A stretch of DNA of 64,000 nt, taken from a virus. Positions 7,923 through 17,250 of this stretch are shown here, one piece after another. Made by a program: the position numbers and the translations under genes. The number at the start of each line of letters is the position of its first letter. Positions within the stretch are counted from its first letter, which is position 1. The notes under the pieces were generated by a model. That model was not told the origin of the DNA. It was given only the letters and a program-made list of their open reading frames with translations, and did not search any database. The DNA lies in the IMG/VR virus record IMGVR_UViG_3300050014_000310, positions 32,001-96,000 of that record. One strand, given 5' to 3'.

Positions 7923-9086
7923 GTGATCCCTACGTTCAGCAGTCACGTTGAAGACCGCGGCAATGCATGGCGAATCATAATCAACACAAAGCCCAAACGC
8001 ACACTTAAAAACATCAAAAAGAGCATCTTGAAAACTCAGAAGGAAGCAGAAAGATATGCGGATAGGTTGGCTGAAGAGATAGAAAAAGGTCTCTACCAGG
8101 AATCTTCGAACATGTCTGTGTCCGCCTACTTTGACAAGTGGCTGCAGCACATAGAAAGCACTAACGCGTGGGAATACAAAACGTATGTCCGCAATAAAGG
8201 AATTATTGATAATTATTTCTTACCGGCGCTGGGAATCATCAAAATATCCCAGCTTAAACCATTGGAAATCCAAGAACATCTTGATCGGACACAGCAGACG
8301 GAAAATGATGGACCAGGGCTTAAAGCCAGCACAGCCTTGAAACATTACAATTTGCTCCATGCAGCTTTTAAGCAGGCATTTAAGTGGGAACTCATACCCG
8401 GCAACCCCGTTGATAAAGTTAGCCCGCCAACAGTCAAAGAAAAATATGATGTGCCAATCTTGCCAAACGGCAAAGCTATAGTAGAGTTCCAAGAATCCTT
8501 CGAGCCGGGTACGACGCTATATCTGCCGGTATTGATTTCAACCACTGGAAGTTTAAGGCGTGGCGAGGTATGCGGGTTGCAATGGCGAGATATGGAGTGG
8601 GAAACCAGAAGGCTTTGGGTCAGGCGCAGTTTGCAGCGGATCACAGGCGAAGGGTTGAAGTTAAAACCATACACAAAAAATGACAAAATAAGGTCGGTTG
8701 TTTTGCCACCAACAGTTGTAGAAATTTTAAAGAAAGAATACATGGCTCGCTTTAATGGGGACGATCTCGGTCTTCACGGCGAAGAATATATATGCCTGAA
8801 TACCAAGGGATGTCCGGTCGCCCCCGATCTTATAACCCTCACGTTTAAGAGGAAGAAGTTGCCGATCACCTTCCACGGTTGCCGGCACTCCCACGATAGC
8901 CTTCTGGCAAGACTAGGCGTAAGGAACAAGTTGATTGCCGACAGAGCAGGAAGGGGTGAGGTGCTAACAGAGAAAATCTATACGCATCTCCAGCCCGATC
9001 AGCAAGATGAGGTTTCGCTAATTGTTGAAAAGGACTTGTATAAGACAAAGAAAAAAATCAGAATGAAACTGGTCAGGAAGAAATAG
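7923..9086 (+). CDS. int: Tyrosine integrase
   Basis: LRRGEVCGL (R), K, FHGCRH (HxxR), C-terminal IYTH (Y); adjacent att site. Confidence 0.93.
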   Translation: MIPTFSSHVEDRGNAWRIIINTKPKRTLKNIKKSILKTQKEAERYADRLAEEIEKGLYQESSNMSVSAYFDKWLQHIESTNAWEYKTYVRNKGIIDNYFLPALGIIKISQLKPLEIQEHLDRTQQTENDGPGLKASTALKHYNLLHAAFKQAFKWELIPGNPVDKVSPPTVKEKYDVPILPNGKAIVEFQESFEPGTTLYLPVLISTTGSLRRGEVCGLQWRDMEWETRRLWVRRSLQRITGEGLKLKPYTKNDKIRSVVLPPTVVEILKKEYMARFNGDDLGLHGEEYICLNTKGCPVAPDLITLTFKRKKLPITFHGCRHSHDSLLARLGVRNKLIADRAGRGEVLTEKIYTHLQPDQQDEVSLIVEKDLYKTKKKIRMKLVRKK

Positions 9087-9134
9087 CACCTATTTTAGCA
9101 CCTTTTTGAGTTTAACGCCCGATAATGGACAATC

Positions 9135-9159
9135 AAAAACCCCGCAATCGCTTGCGGGG
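9135..9159 (-). terminator. Terminator for the tRNA reconstituted after integration
   Basis: CCCCGCAA-gcga-TTGCGGGG-TTTTT just 3' of the tRNA fragment. Confidence 0.75.
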
Positions 9160-9171
9160 CTTGCTTTCTGC

Positions 9172-9222
9172 TGGAGCCCACATCCGGGCTCGAACCGGAG
9201 ACCTCCGCCTTACCAAGGCGAC
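9172..9222 (-). pseudogene. 3' part of tRNA-Thr(GGT) (att core)
   Basis: TCGCC-TTGGTAA-GGCGG anticodon arm, TCCGG-TTCGAGC-CCGGA T-arm, CCA end; 5' acceptor strand and D-arm absent. Confidence 0.85.
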
Positions 9223-9367
9223 GAGCACCATGCTACTGTTGTGATTACCGTTGATGCAACCCTGATATACCAAGCGTTTCATGTCTCTAGTTCTGGCTTT
9301 TTAAGGCGCTTTATAGGTGCTTTCGGGTGCTGATTAGCACCTGTTTTAGCACCTGAAAAACTCTAGC

Positions 9368-9547
9368 CTACAACGACTGTTTCCTCCGCTTCACCCGCTC
9401 GATCAGATCATCCTGTTTCCCTTCTAAAACTTCATCCACCAGGGCATTGATCACGTCATGCATCGTCACTCCCTGCTGCGCGCAATAAACCTTGAACGCC
9501 TGCTTCTTGTCGTCCGGCATCCAGACAGATAGTTGTGGCTGTCTCAT
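9368..9547 (-). CDS. Ribbon-helix-helix (ParG-like) protein, 59 aa
   Basis: MRQPQLSVWMPDDKKQAFKVYCAQQGVTMHDVINALVDEVL; read manually; AAGGTGAGG RBS. Confidence 0.7.
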   Translation of the reverse strand: MRQPQLSVWMPDDKKQAFKVYCAQQGVTMHDVINALVDEVLEGKQDDLIERVKRRKQSL

Positions 9548-9628
9548 TATTCCTCACCTTCCATATTTTACTACACACATTTTAACATTCCTGCTCATAT
9601 AAATAAATAAAATCGCACAAGGGGGAAT

Positions 9629-9811
9629 GTGAACATGTTAAGAAGCGTGAGAAATACTGCCCTGGCCATGTCAGCAGGATTAATAATCTCCGGCTTTCTG
9701 TCTATCGGCCTACCGCTAGCCCTAATCAGCGTCTCCACCCTGCTCGGTTCCGGCATCGCCGCCGGCGTGATCGGCATCGGACTGGAGGTGATTTCACATG
9801 GAAATAACTAA
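9629..9811 (+). CDS. Small membrane protein
   Basis: Two hydrophobic Gly-rich segments; AAGGGGG RBS. Confidence 0.55.
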   Translation: MNMLRSVRNTALAMSAGLIISGFLSIGLPLALISVSTLLGSGIAAGVIGIGLEVISHGNN

Positions 9812-10175
9812 ATTGGCAGAAGAAGACATTCATGTGATCCGTACCTGCGTCTCATTGTTTCTCAAAAGCAGGAACGGCCCGGCCCGCGACATGATGGCGA
9901 GATCGATCAGATACATTTTGAATCAGTACGGCATTCCAAGGTTACAGTTGGATACATTTTCGGTGAGGGCGACCGGGAAAAAGTTCGCGGTGGTGGAAGG
10001 GATCGATTGGATTTCGGGGGATCGGAGATGTCCTTCCTGCGAGGCACCTATTTATGGAGATGATTCCAAGGTGGCAATACTCTCGATTAGAGAGAATCAG
10101 CCGGAAGGATTTGACGAATGTTCCTACGGGTGTGTTTGTGGAAGGATTTTTCGCAAGCTAGAAAAAAACGAGTGA
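9798..10175 (+). CDS. Zinc-binding hypothetical protein
   Basis: CPSC...CVCG; GGAGGTGA RBS. Confidence 0.7.
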   Translation: MEITKLAEEDIHVIRTCVSLFLKSRNGPARDMMARSIRYILNQYGIPRLQLDTFSVRATGKKFAVVEGIDWISGDRRCPSCEAPIYGDDSKVAILSIRENQPEGFDECSYGCVCGRIFRKLEKNE

Positions 10176-10254
10176 GGGTTGGCTGATAAAGCTTGTCCAC
10201 GGTTGAACCGAATATAAACTAAGAACATGTTTTCGTCATGCGCCACTTTGCAGA

Positions 10255-10352
10255 TTGACACCCTTAAAATTTATGATATATTTTGACCATGGCGTAAGTT
10301 GGTTTTCCAGCTAGAAGGGGTGATGCCAAAAAGTATCACCCCTTCTCTGTTT
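10255..10352 (+). ncRNA. Candidate short sRNA (promoter followed by a strong hairpin)
   Basis: TTGACA-16-TATATT with TG extension, then a 12-bp hairpin at 10313-10346. Confidence 0.35.
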
Positions 10353-10582
10353 CTGGGCATTTAAGGCTCGGGTGCGTTCTGATAGGACAGAATCAGACAG
10401 GATTTGCCCCAGGTTGCGCGATCGGCGGCTCCTACGTGTGATTCTACCTATGGGGATGCTACACCCCCCTAGAATCGCAAAATATGAGGGTATTGATTTA
10501 GCCTTCGTGTAGGTTGGATAAAGTTAGCAAGAGGATGGAATATTTCGGGGAATATTTTACGCGGGAAATGCAAAGCCCCCGG

Positions 10583-10798
10583 TCATTTGTCGGGGTCTCT
10601 GCATGCTTTGTACTGCTCAATCGTCGTTCGTAGCCACACCGGTTGCATCTTCCCATTGCTTTTATCGATCTGTTCATCCGCCGGCGGGAACACACCCCGT
10701 TTGATGTATTCCGCTACCTGTTGCTTTTTCCATCCCAGGACAGCGGCCGCTGCTGCCACCCCGAGCATCGGCTCTCTAATATTCGTCGTATCGCTCAT
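10583..10798 (-). CDS. HTH DNA-binding protein, last gene of the accessory operon
   Basis: LGVAAAAAVLGWKKQQVAEYIKRGVFP...PVW (MerR/AlpA-like). Confidence 0.75.
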   Translation of the reverse strand: MSDTTNIREPMLGVAAAAAVLGWKKQQVAEYIKRGVFPPADEQIDKSNGKMQPVWLRTTIEQYKACRDPDK

Positions 10799-11319
10799 AA
10801 TGGATTCTCCGATATGAATTTAGCCTTGACCAGGTCAAAATCTCCGCCGCCGGTACGGGCTATAATTGCCTTTGCTTTTTCGATGATCTCTTTAGCCGTG
10901 TCTCGCTGCAGTTGTTCCCAATGTATCCCTGATGACCGGACATACTTCAGATTCTCGTCATACCAGTGGAACACCATCCATTCCTGCTCAGCCAGGGCCT
11001 CGATGGCCGGCTCATGATCCCGGTCTGGCCGGTTGATATTAAGGAAGGCGTCCATGTGAAGCGGATCACCAGGCCGGTCATAAACCTTCACGTCCAGCCG
11101 AATCAGAGGGCAGCCGTCCACTTCGTGCAGCTCCAGTTTGACACTGTGGACCGCGTTCTGACAATCCCTAATAGTCTTAGCATCAACATGGGTGAAGAGG
11201 GCGCAACCGGTATTGGTCCAGGTAGGGATGCAGCCGAAGCCCATAAGCCTGAATCCGGTGATCATATTTTCGTCAAGGTAACTGAGGGGTGCCTGTAGGA
11301 TATGCTCAGGAATTTTCAA
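10795..11319 (-). CDS. Hypothetical protein
   Basis: 174 aa; GGAGG RBS; coupled to neighbours. Confidence 0.7.
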   Translation of the reverse strand: MKIPEHILQAPLSYLDENMITGFRLMGFGCIPTWTNTGCALFTHVDAKTIRDCQNAVHSVKLELHEVDGCPLIRLDVKVYDRPGDPLHMDAFLNINRPDRDHEPAIEALAEQEWMVFHWYDENLKYVRSSGIHWEQLQRDTAKEIIEKAKAIIARTGGGDFDLVKAKFISENPL

Positions 11320-11331
11320 GGTAATTCCTCC

Positions 11332-11628
11332 CTAGTATTCGTCGTATTGATCATCTGTCAGCAACCCCAATTCGCTGCTGTAGTCAGCCTCGACAACCAC
11401 ATACCCGTCAACGAATCTATACCCCTTCTCCAGCACGTACTTAACCGGGACAGGCACTTCGTAATCGTCCATATTTCCTTTGGCCTCTTCTAGGTGCATC
11501 TCCAGGACGCACATGATCGAATGGCCGGAGTCCAGGATGTAATAATGATACGGTTTCAACTCTTCCGGCAAACCGGGATATGGCCGATTTTGAACCATGT
11601 GGGCGATGTCTTCTAGACTTTTGCGCAT
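11332..11628 (-). CDS. Acidic hypothetical protein
   Basis: 98 aa from ATG 11628 with GGAGG RBS. Confidence 0.7.
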   Translation of the reverse strand: MRKSLEDIAHMVQNRPYPGLPEELKPYHYYILDSGHSIMCVLEMHLEEAKGNMDDYEVPVPVKYVLEKGYRFVDGYVVVEADYSSELGLLTDDQYDEY

Positions 11629-11645
11629 ATTGCCCTCCTGCAATT

Positions 11646-12155
11646 TTAGTTGCCTTCCCACGCTCGGGAAAATTCGCGATCCTTAAACAGCGCTGCCAGG
11701 CCGGTGATCTGTTTCAGCCGCAGCACCTCCTCGGCATCCATGCCCAGATGCTTGGCGATCCAGGTGTCGCTCCGGCCGAGATCGTGCAGTTCCGCAACAA
11801 TGTTGCTCATCAGGTCGATGTCATGGCTACCTCTGGCGCGGTTATGCCTGATCGTGCTGGCTATTCTGTCGGCCATAGGTTTATCAATCACAGACACCGG
11901 CAAACAACCGTTTTCCCGCTCGAAGATGTCTTTATGCTTCAGCATTACAGTGTAACGGTGGAAGCCATCCACGATCTCATAGGTGTCGGTTTCAGGGTCA
12001 TAATAGCAGACGATAGGCATCGTGTAGCCGTCCTCTTTGATGCTCCAGTAGAGCAGTTCCATCTCCGGGGGAGCAACGGCATTGGGATTCCAGGAATTGG
12101 CCTTTATCTTTCCAATTGGCACTGATATCACATTGTAAGCAGGGCTTTTAAACAT
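11646..12155 (-). CDS. IbrB-like ParB/Srx-domain protein
   Basis: ANSWNPNAVAPPEMELL...IVDGFHRY...STIRHNRARGSH. Confidence 0.88.
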   Translation of the reverse strand: MFKSPAYNVISVPIGKIKANSWNPNAVAPPEMELLYWSIKEDGYTMPIVCYYDPETDTYEIVDGFHRYTVMLKHKDIFERENGCLPVSVIDKPMADRIASTIRHNRARGSHDIDLMSNIVAELHDLGRSDTWIAKHLGMDAEEVLRLKQITGLAALFKDREFSRAWEGN

Positions 12156-12167
12156 GTTATCACCCTC

Positions 12168-13478
12168 TCAAATATCTCTGTATTTTTCTTTTATCGCGTT
12201 GATCCTTGACTGCTGCTCCTTGTTGGGGCCGAACCCCATAAACCTGCACATATGGTCGTTTTTCAGGATGCAAGCGCACATTCGCTTCCAACTTGGAATA
12301 TCAATGGTACCCCTTACATTGTCGGTATCGTCGGCCATCTCTCCTTCAAAAACTATCTTACTTTTTCCATCCTTGGTGAAATTGGAAACACCGTTGCGCT
12401 GTATTCCGTAGCCGCACGCTTCTATTTCTCTTATCACATCTTCAGCGAACCCTCCCCCAGTCTTTGCCCAGAACTCAGCAGATGTCTTGAATTTCTCCAG
12501 ATAGTTCTCCCGGATTCTCTCCGGCAATGTGCTCAGCAAAAACTCAGTATAGCTTTTCCAAGTGTGCCCTTCCGGTAGTGTCATGTTCCGGTAGCCCATC
12601 GCCTTGGTACCGCCGTAGATGGCGCCGAAGTTCGCCCCTTTGACTCTGCCCACTAGTTTGGCCCAGGTCTCGGGTTCAAGCACCCGGTACATATTTAGTG
12701 ATTCCATCGCCCACTCGTTGAAGGGGGACGCCACACGCATCTGATCGATTGTCAGCCCGGCCTTGTAATAGAGATCATACAGCTTGTTGTAATCGTACCC
12801 GAATTTCCCGTTAGCCGTCCAAACGTCCTCCACCCGCCAATCATACAGAGGTGATGCGCTCCAGACATCCTTGAAGCCGGCGGTGATCCAATTCTTACCC
12901 TGATAGGGATGGCGCTTGTTTATTACAGCGCTATACCGGCTCAGCGACTCATCAGCCCTGAGGCCCAGCAGCCCTATGGTAGTGCCGCCCATTTTGTTTT
13001 TGTACCAGCGCCCAAACTGCTTGAATATATCTTCCTGGTTCATCTTGTGCTTGTAAAAATCGAATGGATTATTCTCAAGGTTGATCACATAGGGCATTGC
13101 CGGCATATCCCGGACCCAGATATCCTTTTTGGCATCATCCCAGGGATACCAGTAGATCTCCTCGTTGCTCAGGGGTGTCTTGGATGCCATAGGCAGGCAT
13201 GTCCAATAGGGGTCAATGTCGTCAAGATTATCTGCGAACATTCTGGTCACATAATCGGTTGTTGCCTGGTATTGAGCTTCGAAATCCTGGTGAAACAGGC
13301 CGATCTTTTTGGCTATGCCGTTCCTGCGCTTGAAATCTAAGACCAGGTTGAGCAGCAGTCCGCTGTCCTTGCCGCCGCTGAAAGAAATATAAACGTTGTC
13401 AAACTCACTAAAGATAAATGCCAGCCGGTCTTGGAAAGCGTCGTAAACGTTCTGTTTCAGATACTTTTTCTCACTCAT
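12168..13478 (-). CDS. IbrA-like PAPS-reductase-family protein with DUF3440-like C-terminus
   Basis: PP-loop SFSGGKDSG, GLRADESLSRY, PLYDW, PSWKRMCACILKNDHMCR. Confidence 0.88.
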   Translation of the reverse strand: MSEKKYLKQNVYDAFQDRLAFIFSEFDNVYISFSGGKDSGLLLNLVLDFKRRNGIAKKIGLFHQDFEAQYQATTDYVTRMFADNLDDIDPYWTCLPMASKTPLSNEEIYWYPWDDAKKDIWVRDMPAMPYVINLENNPFDFYKHKMNQEDIFKQFGRWYKNKMGGTTIGLLGLRADESLSRYSAVINKRHPYQGKNWITAGFKDVWSASPLYDWRVEDVWTANGKFGYDYNKLYDLYYKAGLTIDQMRVASPFNEWAMESLNMYRVLEPETWAKLVGRVKGANFGAIYGGTKAMGYRNMTLPEGHTWKSYTEFLLSTLPERIRENYLEKFKTSAEFWAKTGGGFAEDVIREIEACGYGIQRNGVSNFTKDGKSKIVFEGEMADDTDNVRGTIDIPSWKRMCACILKNDHMCRFMGFGPNKEQQSRINAIKEKYRDI

Positions 13479-14899
13479 AGCGACTTGATCATCTCCCTGA
13501 GTTTCCCCTTCTTATCTTTCACTTTGTCAACCTCATTCTTAAATTCGCTTACTAAATTGCCTTTTTTAGCTAAGTTTTTGGCGATCCGGTCATCAATACT
13601 GGGAGTACATTGGAGACTGGTATATAAAACTTGGTATTCCTGCCCTCTCCGATAATTACGGCCTTCTGCTTGCAACCTATCACTAAATTTGAAGCCATCA
13701 TTATAAAAAATTGTATGATGCGCCTCATTCAGCGTCAGACCATGACCGCCGCAACTCTGAGTCGCTAGAAAAAATTTAGCCTCATCATCGTGAAATCGTT
13801 TTTCCTGCCGGTTTCTTTCCTTTTCCTTAATCCCGCCGTGGAATAGAGCGATGGAGTCCTGACCGTATAGTTTTGTCAGCGCAGCGCTTATTCCCTTGAT
13901 GTCGTATTGATATTTGCACCAAATGATCACTTTCTTATCTGCCGGGATGCTAGTAATAGTGTCGAGCAGCACCTCGATCCGATGATGGTTGAACTCAAGC
14001 AGCGTAAAACCCTTTTTGGTGCGCCGGTTCCAAAATCCGCAGGTAATCGATTGCAATACCGAAAACAGCCGGAAAATAGAGATCGAATCAATTTCCTCTA
14101 AGTTTTCCAGCAATTCATCTTTGGCCAATCCATAATAGTGCATCTGCTCATCGGTCATCCAGAAATACCGGGTTTCGTAGAATTTATCCGGCAGATCTAG
14201 GCACTCCTCTTTCGTCACTTGATAGATGTAAGGTTGAATCTTAGCCGCCAGATAATTGACGTTGTGACTCCGGACTATGCGACCGGGGTACTTCTCTGAA
14301 TACTCCAAATGGTTGGCAGCGAAGGAGTAGAACGAATCGTAGCCCAGGATTTTCGGGCTGAGGAAACGCATCTGACCAAACAGATCCACTACGCCCTGAC
14401 TTAATATTGTACCGGTTAGGATCATCCGGTAGCGTGCCCGCTTGCAGATCTCGGTAATCCGCAGCGTCCGCATAGAATTATGTCCCTTGATGTAACTGGA
14501 CTCGTCCAGAATGGCCATTGTCTCTTCAGTGACCAATTCGTTGACTGCCAACGTTACCCGGGTGCTGGTGCTCATAGACTCGATGCCGACGATATACCAG
14601 AGCACGTTTGGCAGGTTCCTCTCGTTTGTTTTGTCATCGAATACGCAGATGTCAGCATCAGAGCAGTCAGTGTGCTTTAGGATCTCCCGCCGGATCGTTT
14701 CTTTGACCGACACAGGGCAGAACCACAGCGCATGATCGATCTTGGGTAGGCGCCGGCTCACGAGCTCAATAGCCGTCCGCGACTTGCCAGTTCCTACGTC
14801 CATTAGGAGGCCGCCGATCCGGGATGGAGATACCTTGTTCACGGCATCGGCCTGGTGAGGCATGAGATTAGTCCTTAAATTCATCGGCGATAGCGACAT
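13475..14899 (-). CDS. SNF2-family helicase/ATPase
   Basis: MDVGTGKS, LDES, LTGT, GGHGLTL, QAEGRNYRRGQ motifs. Confidence 0.9.
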   Translation of the reverse strand: MSLSPMNLRTNLMPHQADAVNKVSPSRIGGLLMDVGTGKSRTAIELVSRRLPKIDHALWFCPVSVKETIRREILKHTDCSDADICVFDDKTNERNLPNVLWYIVGIESMSTSTRVTLAVNELVTEETMAILDESSYIKGHNSMRTLRITEICKRARYRMILTGTILSQGVVDLFGQMRFLSPKILGYDSFYSFAANHLEYSEKYPGRIVRSHNVNYLAAKIQPYIYQVTKEECLDLPDKFYETRYFWMTDEQMHYYGLAKDELLENLEEIDSISIFRLFSVLQSITCGFWNRRTKKGFTLLEFNHHRIEVLLDTITSIPADKKVIIWCKYQYDIKGISAALTKLYGQDSIALFHGGIKEKERNRQEKRFHDDEAKFFLATQSCGGHGLTLNEAHHTIFYNDGFKFSDRLQAEGRNYRRGQEYQVLYTSLQCTPSIDDRIAKNLAKKGNLVSEFKNEVDKVKDKKGKLREMIKSL

Positions 14900-16016
14900 G
14901 TTCCGGGACCTCCAGTATAGGCGGTTTGCCTAGCGGGGTAACGTGCTCCTGTTCCGGGCCAGGACCAACCTTGACCACCAGCATATTCTCCCTGCTTATC
15001 TGGGCAGCATCGGCAAACCCTTGCGCCGTTTCCGACACCTTGAAATCGTACATCTTGGCGAAGTCGAGTACATCCTCGAACCGTTCTGCCGGCACTACAA
15101 CATTGGGCTTATCGTAGCGGCTTCCAGAGATCTTTCTGGCCGCTTGGTAGAAATCTTCATCCCGGCTCCAGGAGATGGAGAACCAACCCTTGTATTCGCC
15201 TTTGACCATGCCCATTACCCACCGGGTGCGCTCAGGCTCATACTCCCCGGCGATGGCCTTCTCTCTGATTGCCTCGTCGTAGATCCGTATAGGGAATCCT
15301 GCCGCTAATAGCCGATGTCCAGCCTCTGCCGCCCGATCTGCCGGAGTTCCATTCCGTGGTTTCAGAACGCGGACCCACCGATCTTTCCACACCATCTTCA
15401 GTTTTTCTTTGACCAATTCTCGGAAGTCATCCCGGCGCTCCGGGAAAGAGATTTCAATCGAGTTTTCGAGGACGCGGATCTCGGCCACCGTCTCGGTTAT
15501 AGAATGTTCCGGCCTAATCGTGGCCTCTGCCTTGGCATCGGCGATGATCTCCGGCGGGGGTGCCATCTGTTCTGCCTGGATATTCCTGGCTGCTTCTTCG
15601 AGCAGCTGCTCAATTCCCTGCGACATACTCAGATTCCGGTGGTCGATCCACCAGTGAGCATTGGTTTTATTGCTAATTCGTTCTACGGATTCGACCAGTT
15701 TAGGGCTGTTTCGCTGTTTCATGGCATACCGGTAGATAAAATCATCGATGTTGGTAAGCAGTTGCTGCCTAACCGTCTCTGCCCAGGCAACCTGCTTCTC
15801 AGACCCGGTGAGGGGAGGCAGACCCCGCTCCTTTGCCACCTCGGCGGCCTCCTGGTTTTCCTTTTCCCGCTGCCGGACAAGATCCGTCTGCCAGCACGCA
15901 TAGCACATCTTGTTTGATTCGACGTGCTCCAGTCGCCAGTCACGATCCCTGGTTGGGCCTATTAGGGCAACGGTCTCTTCGTGGCCGCAGGAGCGGGTAA
16001 CGGAGTATTTTGCCAT
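14868..16016 (-). CDS. Conserved phage/ICE hypothetical protein (N-terminal Zn motif, LPPLTGSEKQVAWA domain)
   Basis: CGH...CYAC; overlaps the helicase start. Confidence 0.75.
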   Translation of the reverse strand: MAKYSVTRSCGHEETVALIGPTRDRDWRLEHVESNKMCYACWQTDLVRQREKENQEAAEVAKERGLPPLTGSEKQVAWAETVRQQLLTNIDDFIYRYAMKQRNSPKLVESVERISNKTNAHWWIDHRNLSMSQGIEQLLEEAARNIQAEQMAPPPEIIADAKAEATIRPEHSITETVAEIRVLENSIEISFPERRDDFRELVKEKLKMVWKDRWVRVLKPRNGTPADRAAEAGHRLLAAGFPIRIYDEAIREKAIAGEYEPERTRWVMGMVKGEYKGWFSISWSRDEDFYQAARKISGSRYDKPNVVVPAERFEDVLDFAKMYDFKVSETAQGFADAAQISRENMLVVKVGPGPEQEHVTPLGKPPILEVPEHVAIADEFKD

Positions 16017-16028
16017 CGATGATCACCC

Positions 16029-16568
16029 CTATTTTAATTCCCATCGCATGTTCGCGAGTAACCTGAACGCCCCAGAGCACTGCCCGGCGAGGTAGTCATT
16101 CAGGTATGCCTTGGCATCGGCACCGGCCACCGTCTTCACAAATTCATCTGACAGGTGGATATCTTCAGCCTGGTTGACGAACCTTTGAACATTCAGCGCC
16201 CGGTCAGCAGGAGCGCCGTCGATGATTTTGAATTCGCTGCGCAGGAAAGGAGCATACATGATGCGGGTGCTAACGTTGTCGGTGTATTTGATGCGCTGCA
16301 TCGCTATCACCTGCATTGTCTGCAGGTCGATGCCGTAGGTGGCCGGATCGTCCTCGAAAACCTCTATATTGCGTTTTCGGACAGGATCATACAGGTAGCC
16401 ATCCTGATTGTCGCCTGGCCGCACAGTGTACTCCGTAGGCGCATTGTGCTTTGCCTGGCAATCAGGGCACAGATCGGAATCGCTCTCCGGATAGGTGATA
16501 CCCAGGATATCCAGGGCATTGATACCATCACTCCATGCCTTGCCGCACTCTTTGCAGATGATTTGCAT
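16029..16568 (-). CDS. Zinc-ribbon hypothetical protein
   Basis: CKEC...CPDC; AAGGAGGT RBS before 16568. Confidence 0.7.
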   Translation of the reverse strand: MQIICKECGKAWSDGINALDILGITYPESDSDLCPDCQAKHNAPTEYTVRPGDNQDGYLYDPVRKRNIEVFEDDPATYGIDLQTMQVIAMQRIKYTDNVSTRIMYAPFLRSEFKIIDGAPADRALNVQRFVNQAEDIHLSDEFVKTVAGADAKAYLNDYLAGQCSGAFRLLANMRWELK

Positions 16569-16611
16569 CTTTCGAGACCTCCTTCTGCCGGGGCAACCGG
16601 CAAAATCATGT

Positions 16612-16968
16612 CTATTTTTGTCCCATTCTTTTGTTGCTGCTGAGGTTAAATCGGCCACCATAGATGGATATACCCTCTACGGCCTCTTTGATCTCGTCCT
16701 CGATATCGCGCCAATCTGTGAATCCCATAGAACTGATGCTATAATTATCGAGCCCATCAGGAGGATTTTGCCATGATACCGCTACGCCATCTCGGCCATT
16801 CCCAGCAACCAAAATGTCCGAAACAGGAACCTTGGTGCTCCTATATTTTCCGTCCAGGACATGGGTGGCTATATCCTTAATCGCCGTAGCATAGGCATCA
16901 TGGTCAAAATTATCCCCTACCAAATCCCTAATGTCATCAGAGCAATAACTGATTGAAATCTGTCCCAT
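16612..16968 (-). CDS. Small acidic hypothetical protein
   Basis: 118 aa, D/E-rich; GGAG RBS. Confidence 0.65.
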   Translation of the reverse strand: MGQISISYCSDDIRDLVGDNFDHDAYATAIKDIATHVLDGKYRSTKVPVSDILVAGNGRDGVAVSWQNPPDGLDNYSISSMGFTDWRDIEDEIKEAVEGISIYGGRFNLSSNKRMGQK

Positions 16969-17010
16969 TTTGTTGTCTCCCTCTACCGGGTTGACCGGTT
17001 TTCTCCCTGG

Positions 17011-17220
17011 CTAGTATGTCAGGTAAGACTGCGAAAACGTGTTCCAATATTTTTTCCCTTTTTCGCCTATTAACTCGACAAGTTCTGCTCTCCTGGTCTC
17101 ACGCTTCGCAATCCGCTTGATTGTCTTTTCGTTCGCTGGATTTTCTTCCAGAATCCGTTTGCAATTTATCAACTCAGCATCCAGATCCGTGATTTCATTC
17201 TTCATTTCGTCCTTCGTCAC
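17011..17220 (-). CDS. Small coiled-coil protein, first gene of the accessory operon
   Basis: GTG start behind AAGGGGG. Confidence 0.6.
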   Translation of the reverse strand: MTKDEMKNEITDLDAELINCKRILEENPANEKTIKRIAKRETRRAELVELIGEKGKKYWNTFSQSYLTY

Positions 17221-17250
17221 TTTGAAAACCCCCTTCTTCCTCTTGATCCT

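Larger units (their letters stand above)
9084..9354. other. attP: tRNA-derived core plus arm-type repeats
   Basis: TAGCACCT direct pairs at 9084/9096 and 9335/9347, inverted variants at 9315/9325, flanking a tRNA fragment. Confidence 0.8.

Noticed and set aside
9172-9250. Complete tRNA-Thr gene
   Set aside because: The 5' acceptor strand (GCCCACA) and D-arm are absent; only the att-core fragment is present.
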